Source of the DNA: Oscillospiraceae bacterium
GTDB taxonomy: Bacteria; Actinomycetota; Coriobacteriia; Coriobacteriales; Coriobacteriaceae
Assembly (NCBI GenBank): GCA_963614405.1
Contig: CAVEDI010000056.1
Coordinates: 1 to 42,684, forward strand
Length of the DNA stretch: 42,684 nt
Direction: 5' to 3'
How positions within the stretch are numbered: the stretch's first letter is position 1; each line of letters begins with the position of its first letter. Position numbers and translations under genes: made by a program. The notes beneath the pieces are model-generated. The model saw only the letters and a list, made by a program, of their open reading frames with translations, made no database searches and was not told where the DNA came from. Of this stretch, positions 18,047 to 27,648 are shown one piece after another.

Positions 18047-18133
18047 TTGACAATTGATCTTTCGATAGCTTTTGAAATGGTTTATAAAAGAAAACCGAAA
18101 GCTTTTGAAACAAAGAAGAAGGCTTTCGATAGC
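18047..18133 (+). promoter_or_regulatory. Promoter/operator region of the transaldolase-PTS operon with repeated candidate DeoR boxes
   Basis: TTGACA at 18047. CTTTCGATAGC at 18059 and 18123. CGAWAGCTTTTGAAA at 18063 and 18096. Confidence 0.6.
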
Positions 18134-18161
18134 AATAGCGTTAGATGAGAAAGGACCGAAC

Positions 18162-18872
18162 ATGGCGATCAAGGTGTTTGCCGACGGCGCTAACCTCGAG
18201 GGCATGCTTGACATGCATGACAATGGCAACGTTCAGGGCTTCACGACCAATCCTTCCCTTATGAAGGCCGGCGGCGTGACCGACTACCGCGCTTTTGCCA
18301 AGACGGTTCTTGAGCACATTACCGATGTCTCGGTCTCTTTTGAGGTTTTCGCTGATGACGAGGCTGGTATGGAGGCCGAGGCTCGCGAGATTGCAACCTG
18401 GGCAGACAACGTCTATGTTAAGATTCCGGCGCTCAACACCAAGGGCGAGTCCACTGCCGCGCTGGTCAAGCGCCTTTCTGCCGACGGCATCAAGGTGAAT
18501 GTCACCACTATCTTCACGCCCGAGCAGGTCGACGAGTTCGTCGATGCCGTTTCTGCCGAGACCCCCTCTATTCTGTCCATCTTTGCCGGTCGCATTGCCG
18601 ATACCGGCGTCGATCCGCTGCCCCTCATGGCGGAGTCCGTAAAGAAGGCTGCCGTTAAGCCTGCTGCCGAGGTTCTCTGGGCGTCTACGCGCGAGGTTCT
18701 CAATATCTTCCAGGCGGAGTCCGTTGGATGCCAGATCATTACGGTCCCCAATGCCATTCTTGCCAAGCGCAAGAATTTCGGGAAAGATTTGCTTGAGTAC
18801 TCGCTTGATACGGTCAAGGGCTTTGCCCGCGACGTTCAGGCGCTTGGTTTTCATATCTTGCCCGAGGAGTAG
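18162..18872 (+). CDS. tal: Transaldolase (short, FSA/TalC-like family)
   Basis: GFTTNPSL, SFEV (Glu), YVKIP (Schiff-base Lys), VNVT, SIFAGR (Phe, transaldolase type rather than FSA Tyr), LWASTRE. Confidence 0.88.
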   Translation: MAIKVFADGANLEGMLDMHDNGNVQGFTTNPSLMKAGGVTDYRAFAKTVLEHITDVSVSFEVFADDEAGMEAEAREIATWADNVYVKIPALNTKGESTAALVKRLSADGIKVNVTTIFTPEQVDEFVDAVSAETPSILSIFAGRIADTGVDPLPLMAESVKKAAVKPAAEVLWASTREVLNIFQAESVGCQIITVPNAILAKRKNFGKDLLEYSLDTVKGFARDVQALGFHILPEE

Positions 18873-18881
18873 GGGACGAGC

Positions 18882-19328
18882 ATGCTGACCGATCTTCTTA
18901 AACCCGAGCTTGTTGCCTGCCACGTCGAGGCCTCCGACTGGGAGGAAGCGATCAGGGCATGCGGTAAGTTGCTCGTAGACGCTGGCAAATGCGACCAGAG
19001 CTATGTTGACGCCATGATTTCATCGGTTCACAAATTCGGCCCCTATATGGTCTTGGAAGAGGGCATCGCCATGCCCCACGCCCAGGCAGATGGCAATGTG
19101 AGTGAAGCGGGAATCTGTATCGTCACGCTTGACCCTGCCGTTGCGTTTGGACACGAGGATTTCGATCCGGTTCACGTGCTCGTGGGTATTTGCGCACCCG
19201 ACCCCAAGGCTCATCTTGGCTGCTTGGCGGAGCTTTCGCAGATGTTCGAGGACGAAGACTGCGTTGCCAAGCTCAGCGCATGCGATACGCCCGAGCAGGT
19301 TTTGGAGACCATGCGTTCATTCTTTTAG
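18882..19328 (+). CDS. PTS EIIA component (fructose/mannitol/ascorbate type)
   Basis: DWEEAI, GPYMVLEEGIAMPHA phospho-His motif. Confidence 0.93.
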   Translation: MLTDLLKPELVACHVEASDWEEAIRACGKLLVDAGKCDQSYVDAMISSVHKFGPYMVLEEGIAMPHAQADGNVSEAGICIVTLDPAVAFGHEDFDPVHVLVGICAPDPKAHLGCLAELSQMFEDEDCVAKLSACDTPEQVLETMRSFF

Positions 19329-19403
19329 GCCTTAATGGCACGGCGATGCGTCGCCGCTTTTGGATAGACGGAAAACCGTCACGTGTAGGAGAGGAAGGTT
19401 GCC

Positions 19404-19679
19404 ATGCATATCATCACCGTATGCGGAAACGGCATCGGGTCTAGCCTGATGCTCGCTGGCAAAGTCGAGGAGCTTTGCGAGGAGGAGGGCATCAAGGCCG
19501 ACGTTGAGTCTATGGACCTGAACGGTGCTTCTTCCGCAAATCCGGATCTGTTCATCACCGTTAAGGAACTCGCTCCCGAGCTCCACGGCAACGTTGTGAT
19601 CGTTCGCAGCTATGTGAACAAGAAGAAGATCCGCGAAGACGCCCTCGAGGCAATCAAGGCGGCCGCCGCTAACGCCTAA
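19404..19679 (+). CDS. PTS EIIB component (UlaB/SgaB-like)
   Basis: ITVCGNGIGSS phospho-Cys loop. Confidence 0.93.
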   Translation: MHIITVCGNGIGSSLMLAGKVEELCEEEGIKADVESMDLNGASSANPDLFITVKELAPELHGNVVIVRSYVNKKKIREDALEAIKAAAANA

Positions 19680-19750
19680 AGCGGCACAAAAAAGGGCGGT
19701 TCCCTGTGGAAGAGGGAAACGCGCCCACGTTAGAGAGAAAGGAAGCGCAG

Positions 19751-21142
19751 ATGCAAGCCATCCTTCCCATACTTGAGTTTATCCAATCGATTCTGACCAA
19801 GCCAGCATGGATCATGGGTCTCTTTGCCTTTGTGGGCCTTGTCGCGCTTAAGCGTCCTGCCCACAAGGTGATGACGGGCACCCTGAAGCCCATTCTGGGT
19901 TACATCATGCTGTCTGCCGGCGCCGCTGTTGTTCAGGAGAACCTTGCTCCGCTGGGTACCTTCATCGAGACCGGTTTCCACATCACCGGCGTCGTGCCCA
20001 ACAACGAGGTCGTCGTTTCGATGGCTCAGAGCGTCCTCGGCGTTCAGACCATGATGATCCTGATTCTCGGCTACGTCGTGAACATTATCATTGCCCGCTT
20101 TACCAAGTTTAAGTACATCTTCCTGACGGGCCATCACAGCATGTTTATGGCCTGCCTGCTGTCTGCCGTTCTGCAGGCATCTGGCTTCCAGGATGTCCAG
20201 CTTGTCATCGTGGGTGGCATGTTCCTGGGCCTCGTGAGCGCTATGCTTCCCGCCGTTGGTCAGCGTTTCACCGAGAAGGTTACCGATGGCGATGAAATCG
20301 CCATGGGCCACTTCGGTTCACTCGCCTATTACATCTCCGCTGCAGTCGGTACGCTTTTTGCTAAGGACGCCGAGGAGAACAGCACCGAGAAGATCGAGGT
20401 TCCCGAGAAGTTCTCCTTCCTGCGCGACACCACCATCTCCACGGCTCTTACCATGGCCTTCTTCTACTTGGTTACCGCTTTCGCCGCTTACATCGCAGAT
20501 CCTGCGGTCGTTACCAAGACCGCTGGCGGCGACAATGTAATCGTCTATGCCCTGACCTGTGCCCTGTCCTTCGCCGTTGGTGTCACCATCGTCTACAACG
20601 GCGTTCGTATGATCCTCGCCGACCTGGTCCCGGCTTTCCAGGGCATCTCCAACAAGCTGATCCCCGGCGCCATCCCCGCCGTCGACTGCGCCGTCTTCTT
20701 CCCCTATGCTCCCACCGCCGTCATCCTCGGCTTTGTCGCTTCCTTCATCGGTGGCGTGGTCGGTATGTTCATCGTGGGCGCTACCCTGGGCATCTTCATC
20801 ATCCCGGGCATGGTTCCCCACTTCTTCTGCGGTGCTACCGCAGGCATCTACGGCAATGCTACCGGCGGTCGCAAGGGCGCAGCTCTTGGCGCTTTCGTCA
20901 ACGGCCTGCTCATCACCTTTGCCCCGGCCCTGCTCCTGCCCGTTCTTGACGTCTTTGGCTTCAAGAACACTACGTTCGGCGACTTCGATTTCTCCGTCAT
21001 TGGTATTACGCTCGGCCGCGCTGCCGAGGCCTTCGGTACCACCGGTGTCTACGCGATTCTCGCTGTCCTTCTGGTCGTCGCCTTCGTCCCCAACTTCATC
21101 CACACCAAGGGTGCTGTGATCAATCACGTTGAGGAAGAGTAA
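19751..21142 (+). CDS. PTS EIIC component, ascorbate family (UlaA/SgaT-like)
   Basis: GVVPNNE, KYIFLTGHH, AMGHF, FQGISNKLIPGAIPAVDC, VPHFF, TFGDFD. Confidence 0.93.
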   Translation: MQAILPILEFIQSILTKPAWIMGLFAFVGLVALKRPAHKVMTGTLKPILGYIMLSAGAAVVQENLAPLGTFIETGFHITGVVPNNEVVVSMAQSVLGVQTMMILILGYVVNIIIARFTKFKYIFLTGHHSMFMACLLSAVLQASGFQDVQLVIVGGMFLGLVSAMLPAVGQRFTEKVTDGDEIAMGHFGSLAYYISAAVGTLFAKDAEENSTEKIEVPEKFSFLRDTTISTALTMAFFYLVTAFAAYIADPAVVTKTAGGDNVIVYALTCALSFAVGVTIVYNGVRMILADLVPAFQGISNKLIPGAIPAVDCAVFFPYAPTAVILGFVASFIGGVVGMFIVGATLGIFIIPGMVPHFFCGATAGIYGNATGGRKGAALGAFVNGLLITFAPALLLPVLDVFGFKNTTFGDFDFSVIGITLGRAAEAFGTTGVYAILAVLLVVAFVPNFIHTKGAVINHVEEE

Positions 21143-21199
21143 TCCAGGCGTACGTTAAGCCCTAATCGGGCGGAGCTCCGATAACCGGCTCCTACACGG

Positions 21200-21236
21200 A
21201 AGCGGTGACGTCTCAAATGAGGCGTCACCGCTTTTT
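21200..21236 (+). terminator. Rho-independent terminator of the PTS operon
   Basis: AAGCGGTGACGTCTCA-aa-TGAGGCGTCACCGCTT followed by a T run. Confidence 0.85.
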
Positions 21237-21541
21237 GCTTTGGGGCGATTGTGAAAACGAGCCGGCAAGGCGCTGCTTCTGTTCCGTGAACGGAATCAAC
21301 CGCAATGATCGGCAAAAACGTTTTGCCGCTGGGGCGTCGATATAAAAATGGTAAATCTGCAAAACCGTTCGCCGAGAAGATAAAAACCCGCAGCTCACGC
21401 CTTGATAAACGTAGGTAAAGTGTTTAGCAGTTCAACGTCCATATGCAAGCGAAAGTTTTGTTGCGGTATCTGCAAGTTTTCCCATTGGATGAGAAAAACT
21501 TGCAAGTTCGACGATGGACAGCGGCGGTTCGTCCTTTGCTG

Positions 21542-23689
21542 TTACTTCCCCTGCACCATGGTGAGGGAGATCTTTTTGCGGTCGCGATCAACCTTCTCGA
21601 CCCACACCTTGACCGTATCGCCGACGCGCACCACGTCGCTCGGGTGCTTGACGAAGCGGTTGGCCAGCTTGGAGATATGCACGAGGCCGTCCTGATGTAC
21701 GCCCACGTCGACGAAGGCGCCAAAGTCCACAACGTTGCGCACCGTGCCCTTGAGCTCCATGCCGGGCTCCAGGTCGTCGATGGAAAGTGCTGAGCGGCTA
21801 AAGACCACCTCGGGCGCGTCGTCGCGCGGGTCGCGACCGGGCTTCTTGAGCTCGTTGACAATGTCGATGAGCGTGAGGGTACCGCAGCCCAGGTCGCTTG
21901 CCAGCGCCGAGATACTGCCCAGGCGGCGCTCGATGTCGGGCACGCCGCCGCGGCTGAGCTCACTGGCTTTAACGCCTGCGCGCTCCAGGACGGCCGTGGC
22001 TACCTCGTAGCTCTCGGGGTGGACGCTTGTCGCGTCGAGCGGGTTCTTGCCGCCGCTGATGCGCAGGAAGCCCGCGGCGTTGAGATATGCCTTGGGTCCC
22101 AGTTTGGGGACCTTCTTAAGCTGGCGGCGATCGGTAAAAGCACCGTTTTCCTCGCGGTAGGCCACGATATTCTTGGCCACGCTCGGCGTGATGCCCGATA
22201 CGTATCCCAGCAGGCTCGCGCTTGCGGTGTTGACGTCGACGCCCACGCGGTTGACGACGTCCTCCACCACGTGACCCAGGGTGCGCGAGAGCTCGGCCTG
22301 GTCAAGGTCGTGCTGGTACTGGCCAACGCCGATGGACTGGGGCGGAATCTTGACGAGCTCTGCCAGCGGGTCTTGCAGGCGGCGGCCCAGGCTCATGGCG
22401 CCACGCACGGTGACATCCAGGTCGGGATACTCCTGGCTTGCGAGCTCGGAAGCCGAGTACACCGACGCGCCGGCCTCGTTGACGATGGTGTATCGCAGCC
22501 CAGGAGCCTGCTCGGCGATGAACTCCGAGACGACTTCCTCGGTCTCGCGGCTGGCGGTGCCGTTGCCGATGACGATGGTGTTGACGCTGTCCTTTTTGAC
22601 GAGGCGGGCGAGCTCGCGCTTGGTGCCGGCGACGTCGTGGCGCGGCTTGGTGGGATAGACCACGCCGTGGTCGAGCAGCTTGCCGGTCTCGTCCATGACG
22701 GCGACCTTGCAGCCGGTGCGGTAGCCCGGATCGAGCGCGAGCACGCGGGCGCCGCGCACGGGGCGTGCCGAGAGCAGGCCCTCGAGATTCTTGGCAAAGA
22801 CATTGATGGCCTCGGTCTGCGCACGGACGGTGAGTTTGGCGCGGGCCTCGCGCTCCAGCGAGGGGGCCATGAGGCGCTTGTAGCCGTCGGCGATGGCGGC
22901 GTCAAAGACGGGCGCGAAGACGCCCTGGCGTCGGGGCCAACGGCTGCCGAGGCGTGCCGTGGCGGCGGCGCCGTCGACGTTCACGCGCACGCGGAGCTTG
23001 CCCTCGCGCTCACCGCGGTCGATAGCCAGCACGCGGTGGTTGGGTATACGGCGCAGCGGCTCATCATAGCTGTAGTACGGCTCGTAGGGGGTCTTCTCGG
23101 TGGGGTCGGTGGCCTCGACGACGATGTCTGCGGTGTTTTGCGTAAAGGCACGCAGGTCGGCGACGTTCTCGGGGTCCTCGGCCACCGTCTCGGCCACGAT
23201 GTCCGCCGCGCCGGCGAGCGCCTTCTCGGGCGTGTCGAAGCCGGCTTCCTCGTTGACGTATGCCGCGGCGGCGTCGAGCGCGCTGCCCTTGGCCGAGGCC
23301 TGCATGATGACCATGTTGGCAAGTGGCTCCAGGCCTGCCTCGCGGGCCTTCTGTGCGCGGGTCATGCGCTTTTTGCGGTAGGGCTTGTAGAGGTCCTCGA
23401 CACGCTGGAGCTGCGTGGCCTCGCGAATTTGCTGTTCGAGCTCGGGCGTAAGTTTGCCCTGGGCGTCGATGAGCAGAATGACGTCCTCTTTGCGCTGTTC
23501 AAGATTGCGCAGGTAGGACAGGCGCTCGTCGAGCGCGCGCAGGGCGACGTCGTCCATGCCACCCGTGGCTTCCTTGCGGTAGCGCGAGATAAAGGGGATG
23601 GTGTTGCCCTCGTCGATGAGCTTGACGGCTGCCTCGACGTTGGCGGCCTTAAGGTTGAGCTCGCGGGCGAGCTGGGCGATAAGATCCAT
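21542..23689 (-). CDS. tex: Tex family S1-domain RNA-binding transcription accessory protein
   Basis: TIPFISRYRKEATG, EDLYKPY, LDPGYRTGCK, IGNGTASRET, RRLQDPLAELVKI, HhH and C-terminal S1 domain. ATG 23689 after AAGGAG. Confidence 0.96.
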   Translation of the reverse strand: MDLIAQLARELNLKAANVEAAVKLIDEGNTIPFISRYRKEATGGMDDVALRALDERLSYLRNLEQRKEDVILLIDAQGKLTPELEQQIREATQLQRVEDLYKPYRKKRMTRAQKAREAGLEPLANMVIMQASAKGSALDAAAAYVNEEAGFDTPEKALAGAADIVAETVAEDPENVADLRAFTQNTADIVVEATDPTEKTPYEPYYSYDEPLRRIPNHRVLAIDRGEREGKLRVRVNVDGAAATARLGSRWPRRQGVFAPVFDAAIADGYKRLMAPSLEREARAKLTVRAQTEAINVFAKNLEGLLSARPVRGARVLALDPGYRTGCKVAVMDETGKLLDHGVVYPTKPRHDVAGTKRELARLVKKDSVNTIVIGNGTASRETEEVVSEFIAEQAPGLRYTIVNEAGASVYSASELASQEYPDLDVTVRGAMSLGRRLQDPLAELVKIPPQSIGVGQYQHDLDQAELSRTLGHVVEDVVNRVGVDVNTASASLLGYVSGITPSVAKNIVAYREENGAFTDRRQLKKVPKLGPKAYLNAAGFLRISGGKNPLDATSVHPESYEVATAVLERAGVKASELSRGGVPDIERRLGSISALASDLGCGTLTLIDIVNELKKPGRDPRDDAPEVVFSRSALSIDDLEPGMELKGTVRNVVDFGAFVDVGVHQDGLVHISKLANRFVKHPSDVVRVGDTVKVWVEKVDRDRKKISLTMVQGK

Positions 23690-23770
23690 GGGACTCCTTG
23701 CGTTTAAGGTGCGTTTGCAGCACAGGGCTACCAAGGATACCACCCGTCCCAAAAGACTGTTTTGGGGCCG

Positions 23771-23932
23771 CGCCATGAAAACGGCCTATCTACTACGTTT
23801 GAACCGTATTGGTCGACCATTCCCCGGTTTTCCGAAAATATGCAACCCGTCTACCTGCGGTTTTTATTTCGAGAAATTTGGCATGGTTGAGGGCGATCGG
23901 CTAAACGTAGTAGATAGGCGCGTTTCGTGGCG
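23771..23932. repeat. ~160-bp nested inverted-repeat element
   Basis: Perfect 17-bp arms 23784-23800 and 23903-23919, plus outer and inner partial stems. Confidence 0.8.
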
Positions 23933-23993
23933 AACGAATCAAGCCGAGGTGCAAAATAGCCCCCCGCTCCAGAAAAATCGTCGGCAAGGTAGC

Positions 23994-24029
23994 AAAATGC
24001 CCCGCGGGCAGGAGGCTGCTCGCGGGGCA
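23994..24029 (-). terminator. Terminator of the SDR-MFS-oxidoreductase operon
   Basis: TGCCCCGCGGGCAG/CTGCTCGCGGGGCA stem with an A run on the + strand 5' side. Confidence 0.7.
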
Positions 24030-24101
24030 AAGAAGAGGGGCTTGTTGGTGACGGACCGAAGGGTTCGGCATGGGGCTTCTGCCGCGGTCGCTCTTAAGGC
24101 A

Positions 24102-25142
24102 TTACAGCTCGACGAGCTGACCGGTCTCGGCGGCCTCCTTGATAGCGTTGAGAAGCGTGAGCGTCTTAACGTTGTCGGCGGGGGTCACGACGGGCTCGAC
24201 CTCGCGGCGGACAACCTTCACAAAGTGCTTGAGCTGCATCTTGTGCGGCAGTGCCGGGTCGACGGCCGGAATCTCCATCTGCAGCGGCTTGTGCCAGTTA
24301 GAGGCGCCGTCGTAGGAGAACTGGTGCAGGCGGGGCAGCGACAGGGCGCCCTTAGTGCCGCCGATAAAGTAGGCGTCGGCGTCGAAGGGGCGGTACTGCG
24401 GATCCTCGCGGGCGGTGGCCTCCCAGTTCCAGGGGCTGGCGGTGGCGTCGGAGATGGTCATGCTTGCGAGCGCGCCATCGGCAAAACGGACGTTGACCAC
24501 GGCGGAGTCCTCGGTCTCAAAACCGCGGGCGGCGCTGGACTGCATACCCTGGACGGCAACGGGCTCGCCCAGCAGATAGCGGAGCAGGTCGACGTCGTGA
24601 ACCAGGTTGACCAGGATCGGGCCGGCACCCTTCTTGCGGCGCCATTCGACATCGAAATACTCGTCATTCTTATAGATCATGTAGTGGAAGCTCGACACGG
24701 TGAGCTTGCCCAGCTCGCCAGACTCGATGATCTCCTTGGCCTTGTTGACGAAGGGGTTGTGGCGACGGTGCTGACCCACGAGCACGGGCACGCCGGCGGT
24801 TTCGGCCTCGGCGGCGAAGGCCTGGGCATCCTCCAGGTCGTTGGAGATCGGCTTTTCGACCAACGGCACGATGTTGCGCTTCACAGCCTCGCGGGCAACG
24901 CCCAGGTGCAGGTCGTTGGGGGTGGCGATAATGACGGCCTCGGGCTTGACCTCGTCCATCATCTGGGCGGGATCGGTGAAGAACGGCACGCCGGCGGCCT
25001 CGGCCGTGGCGCGGGCGCCCTCAAAAGCGTCGGCGATGGCGACGAGCTCGGCCTCGGGCTCCTCGGTGACAAAGCGGATGTGGTTGCGGCCCATGGCGCC
25101 GGCGCCGATAACGGCAATGCGGACGGGGTTGAGCTCAGACAT
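24102..25142 (-). CDS. Gfo/Idh/MocA family NAD(P)-dependent oxidoreductase
   Basis: IGAGAMG, IATPN..H, LVEKP, GQHRRHNP, WR..GAGP...NLVHDVD. Confidence 0.93.
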   Translation of the reverse strand: MSELNPVRIAVIGAGAMGRNHIRFVTEEPEAELVAIADAFEGARATAEAAGVPFFTDPAQMMDEVKPEAVIIATPNDLHLGVAREAVKRNIVPLVEKPISNDLEDAQAFAAEAETAGVPVLVGQHRRHNPFVNKAKEIIESGELGKLTVSSFHYMIYKNDEYFDVEWRRKKGAGPILVNLVHDVDLLRYLLGEPVAVQGMQSSAARGFETEDSAVVNVRFADGALASMTISDATASPWNWEATAREDPQYRPFDADAYFIGGTKGALSLPRLHQFSYDGASNWHKPLQMEIPAVDPALPHKMQLKHFVKVVRREVEPVVTPADNVKTLTLLNAIKEAAETGQLVEL

Positions 25143-25172
25143 TTCGACTCCTTAATGGTGGTGGCGATGGAG

Positions 25173-25201
25173 TGTGACAAAGGGACAGCCCCTTTGTCAC
25201 A
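25173..25201. repeat. Palindromic REP-like element, copy 2
   Basis: TGTGACAAAGG-GACAGCC-CCTTTGTCACA, about 10 nt past the MFS stop, inside the operon. Confidence 0.9.
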
Positions 25202-25211
25202 TTGGCAATTG

Positions 25212-26468
25212 CTAAGCGGACTTCTTCTTGCTGTCGGAGACCATCATGTAGACGGTGAGCACGACGGCGATGGCGGCGATCACGATGGCGCCGTAGAAGG
25301 ACTGCTGGTAGGCGGCGCTGCCGGCCTCGGCGTGATACAGCACGGCGGTGATGGGCTGGCTGATCCAGGTGGAAGCGGCGTAGCCCAAAAACATGATGCC
25401 GTAGTTGACACCGATGTTGCTGGTGCCAAAGGCGCCGCCGGTGAGCGGCGGGTAGATGACGAGCAGAGCGCCAAAGCTAAAGCCGAGCAGGGCGAGCGCC
25501 ACAAAGAACATGGCCTGCGTAAAGCTCATCGACATGATGACGAGCGCGACGATGGTGACGACAAGGCTGATGAGCAGCGACTTGTAGGCGCCGAGCTTGT
25601 CGATGATCTGGCCAAAGGACAGGCGGCCAACCAGGTTGGCGCAGGTGTTGACGGAGACCACCACACCGCCGAGGGCGACGGCCGCGGCGCTCGTGGGGTC
25701 GGCGAAGAGCTGGACGGCGGCGATGGAGGCAACCTTGCCCACGAGCAGGGTGCCTGCGGTGGCGGCAAAGGCGAAGGTGACGATGAGGACCCAGAAGCGC
25801 GGGGTCTTGACCATCTCGCCCGGGGTGAGGTCGCCGAAGGTGCCGGCATGCGCGCCGCCCTTGGGGGCCTCGAAGCCCTCGGGCAGCCAACCGGCCTCGG
25901 GGGCCTTCAGGAACAGGGCGGAGGCGGCGATCGTCACAAAGAAGATGACTCCGAGCGCCTTAAGGGCGCCAAAGATGCCCAGGCTCGGGATGAGCAGCGA
26001 GGCGAGCACCGGGGACAGCACGGCGGGACCGGCGGTCGAAGCGGCCAGGGTGATGCCGGAGGCGAGACCCTTCTTGTCGATGAACCACTTTTGGCCGGTG
26101 GTGAGCGCCGGGTTGTAGCCCAGGCCGTTGCCGATGGCGGCGACAAGCGAGAACCACAGGTAGAATTGCCACGGCTCGGTGACGGTGCCGGACATGAACC
26201 AGCCCACGCCGTAGCACACAGCGGCGGCGATCACGACGTTGCGGGGGCCGATCTTATCGGAGATGCGGCCGGCGAAGATGCCCGTCACGGCCATGATGGT
26301 CTGAAAGACCGGGAAAGCCCAGGTAAGAGCGCTGGACCACTCGGGGTAGACGGCGAGCAGGTTCTTGCTCACGACGGAATACAGCGCGATGGAGCTGATG
26401 AAGAACATGGTGACGCACGCGGCGGAAAGCACGACGGCGCGACCCTTGTTGGAGTTGGTGGAAGCCAT
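25212..26468 (-). CDS. MFS transporter, oxalate:formate antiporter (OFA)-like
   Basis: About 12 TM helices. GRISDKIGPR motif A, QKWFIDKKGLASG, NLVGRL.FG.IIDKLG, GVNYG. Confidence 0.9.
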   Translation of the reverse strand: MASTNSNKGRAVVLSAACVTMFFISSIALYSVVSKNLLAVYPEWSSALTWAFPVFQTIMAVTGIFAGRISDKIGPRNVVIAAAVCYGVGWFMSGTVTEPWQFYLWFSLVAAIGNGLGYNPALTTGQKWFIDKKGLASGITLAASTAGPAVLSPVLASLLIPSLGIFGALKALGVIFFVTIAASALFLKAPEAGWLPEGFEAPKGGAHAGTFGDLTPGEMVKTPRFWVLIVTFAFAATAGTLLVGKVASIAAVQLFADPTSAAAVALGGVVVSVNTCANLVGRLSFGQIIDKLGAYKSLLISLVVTIVALVIMSMSFTQAMFFVALALLGFSFGALLVIYPPLTGGAFGTSNIGVNYGIMFLGYAASTWISQPITAVLYHAEAGSAAYQQSFYGAIVIAAIAVVLTVYMMVSDSKKKSA

Positions 26469-26533
26469 TGGACTCTTTCTAATCGATACGGGGGAGGAGC
26501 GGGCGTATCCGCGGGTCTCCCTGTTAGGTTGGT

Positions 26534-27415
26534 TTACTGGTCAGTCGGCTTGGCGACGCCGGACTCATCGGACCAAAGCTCGACACCCTTGTTCTTGAGG
26601 TAGTTGTCGGCATAGGCGCGACGGCCGCCGGGCTTGGCGGTGAGGTCGCCCATCATATTGGAGAAGCCACCATCGACCTTGATGGCGTCGCCGGTGGTAA
26701 AGTCCGAGCGCGTGGACGCCAGGAACATGACGGCGTTGGCGATATCACTGACCTCGCCGATGCGACGCGTGGCGATCAGGCGGCTGCGGCTCTTTTCGAC
26801 CTCGGGGTCGGCGTAGAAGTTGGCCGACATCGGGGTCTTAACGAAGCAGGGCTCGACGCAGTTGGAGCGGACGCCGTAGGGGCCCCACTCGGCGGCGAGC
26901 ATCTTGGACATCATGTTCACGCCGGCCTTGGTGGAGCTGTACACGCCCGAGAACGTCTCGGGGGAGTGGCTGGCGACGGTCGAGATGTGCACCAGGCGAC
27001 CCTGGCCGGCCTTGATCATCTCGCGACCAAAGCGCTGCGAGGTGATGAAGTAACCGGTGAGGTTGACGTTGAGCACCTGCTCCCAGTCGCTCAACGGCAG
27101 GTCTTCCATGGCTGCGAAGCGCAGGATGCCGGCGGTGTTGACGAGGACGTCGACGCGGCCGAAGTCGGTGATGGTGGCGTCGACGGCGGCCTGAACCTCG
27201 GCCTCATCGGTGGCGTTCATCTTGTAACCCTCGGCGTGGATGCCAAACTCGGCGGCGAGGTCGGCGGCTGCGGCCTTGACCTTTTCCTCGTCCAGGTCGA
27301 GCAGGACGACGTTGGCGCCGTTGCGGGCGAACTCGCGGCAAATCTCGACGCCCATACCGCCGAGCGCGCCAGTCACGGCGCAGACATCGCCCTCGAGCTT
27401 AAGCCAATTGCTCAT
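26534..27415 (-). CDS. SDR family NAD(P)-dependent oxidoreductase
   Basis: TGALGGMG, LVNTAG, catalytic S...YSSTK, VDGG. Confidence 0.93.
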   Translation of the reverse strand: MSNWLKLEGDVCAVTGALGGMGVEICREFARNGANVVLLDLDEEKVKAAAADLAAEFGIHAEGYKMNATDEAEVQAAVDATITDFGRVDVLVNTAGILRFAAMEDLPLSDWEQVLNVNLTGYFITSQRFGREMIKAGQGRLVHISTVASHSPETFSGVYSSTKAGVNMMSKMLAAEWGPYGVRSNCVEPCFVKTPMSANFYADPEVEKSRSRLIATRRIGEVSDIANAVMFLASTRSDFTTGDAIKVDGGFSNMMGDLTAKPGGRRAYADNYLKNKGVELWSDESGVAKPTDQ

Positions 27416-27534
27416 AGGAACTTCCCTTCTTGTGCCTCCCGGTGGGTCGCTCCCATTAACCGACCCACGTGGTTTTCGCTGGTTATCGTATGCTTTGCAT
27501 TTGCGCAGGTGAATTGCATATTTGTTAGAATGGC

Positions 27535-27553
27535 GTTAACCGTAGGTTTATAG
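27535..27553. promoter_or_regulatory. Candidate LysR T-N11-A box in the divergent promoter
   Basis: GTTAACCGTAGGTTTATAG, an imperfect dyad between the SDR and LysR genes. Confidence 0.4.
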
Positions 27554-27648
27554 CTTGCAAGACGATGCGCCTTTAATTGAGTGTGTGACCTGCCAAAACA
27601 ACCCCCTTCGGCAGTTCATTGCCATGCGTCTGGAAACAGGAGATTGAC

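Noticed and set aside
23598..26603. 1001-aa + strand ORF
   Set aside because: Antisense shadow of the Gfo, MFS and SDR genes, with no RBS or motifs. Typical of high-GC codon bias.
26534..27415. Calling the SDR a bile-acid hydroxysteroid dehydrogenase or sorbitol-6-phosphate dehydrogenase
   Set aside because: Only generic SDR motifs are visible, so the substrate cannot be assigned by eye.
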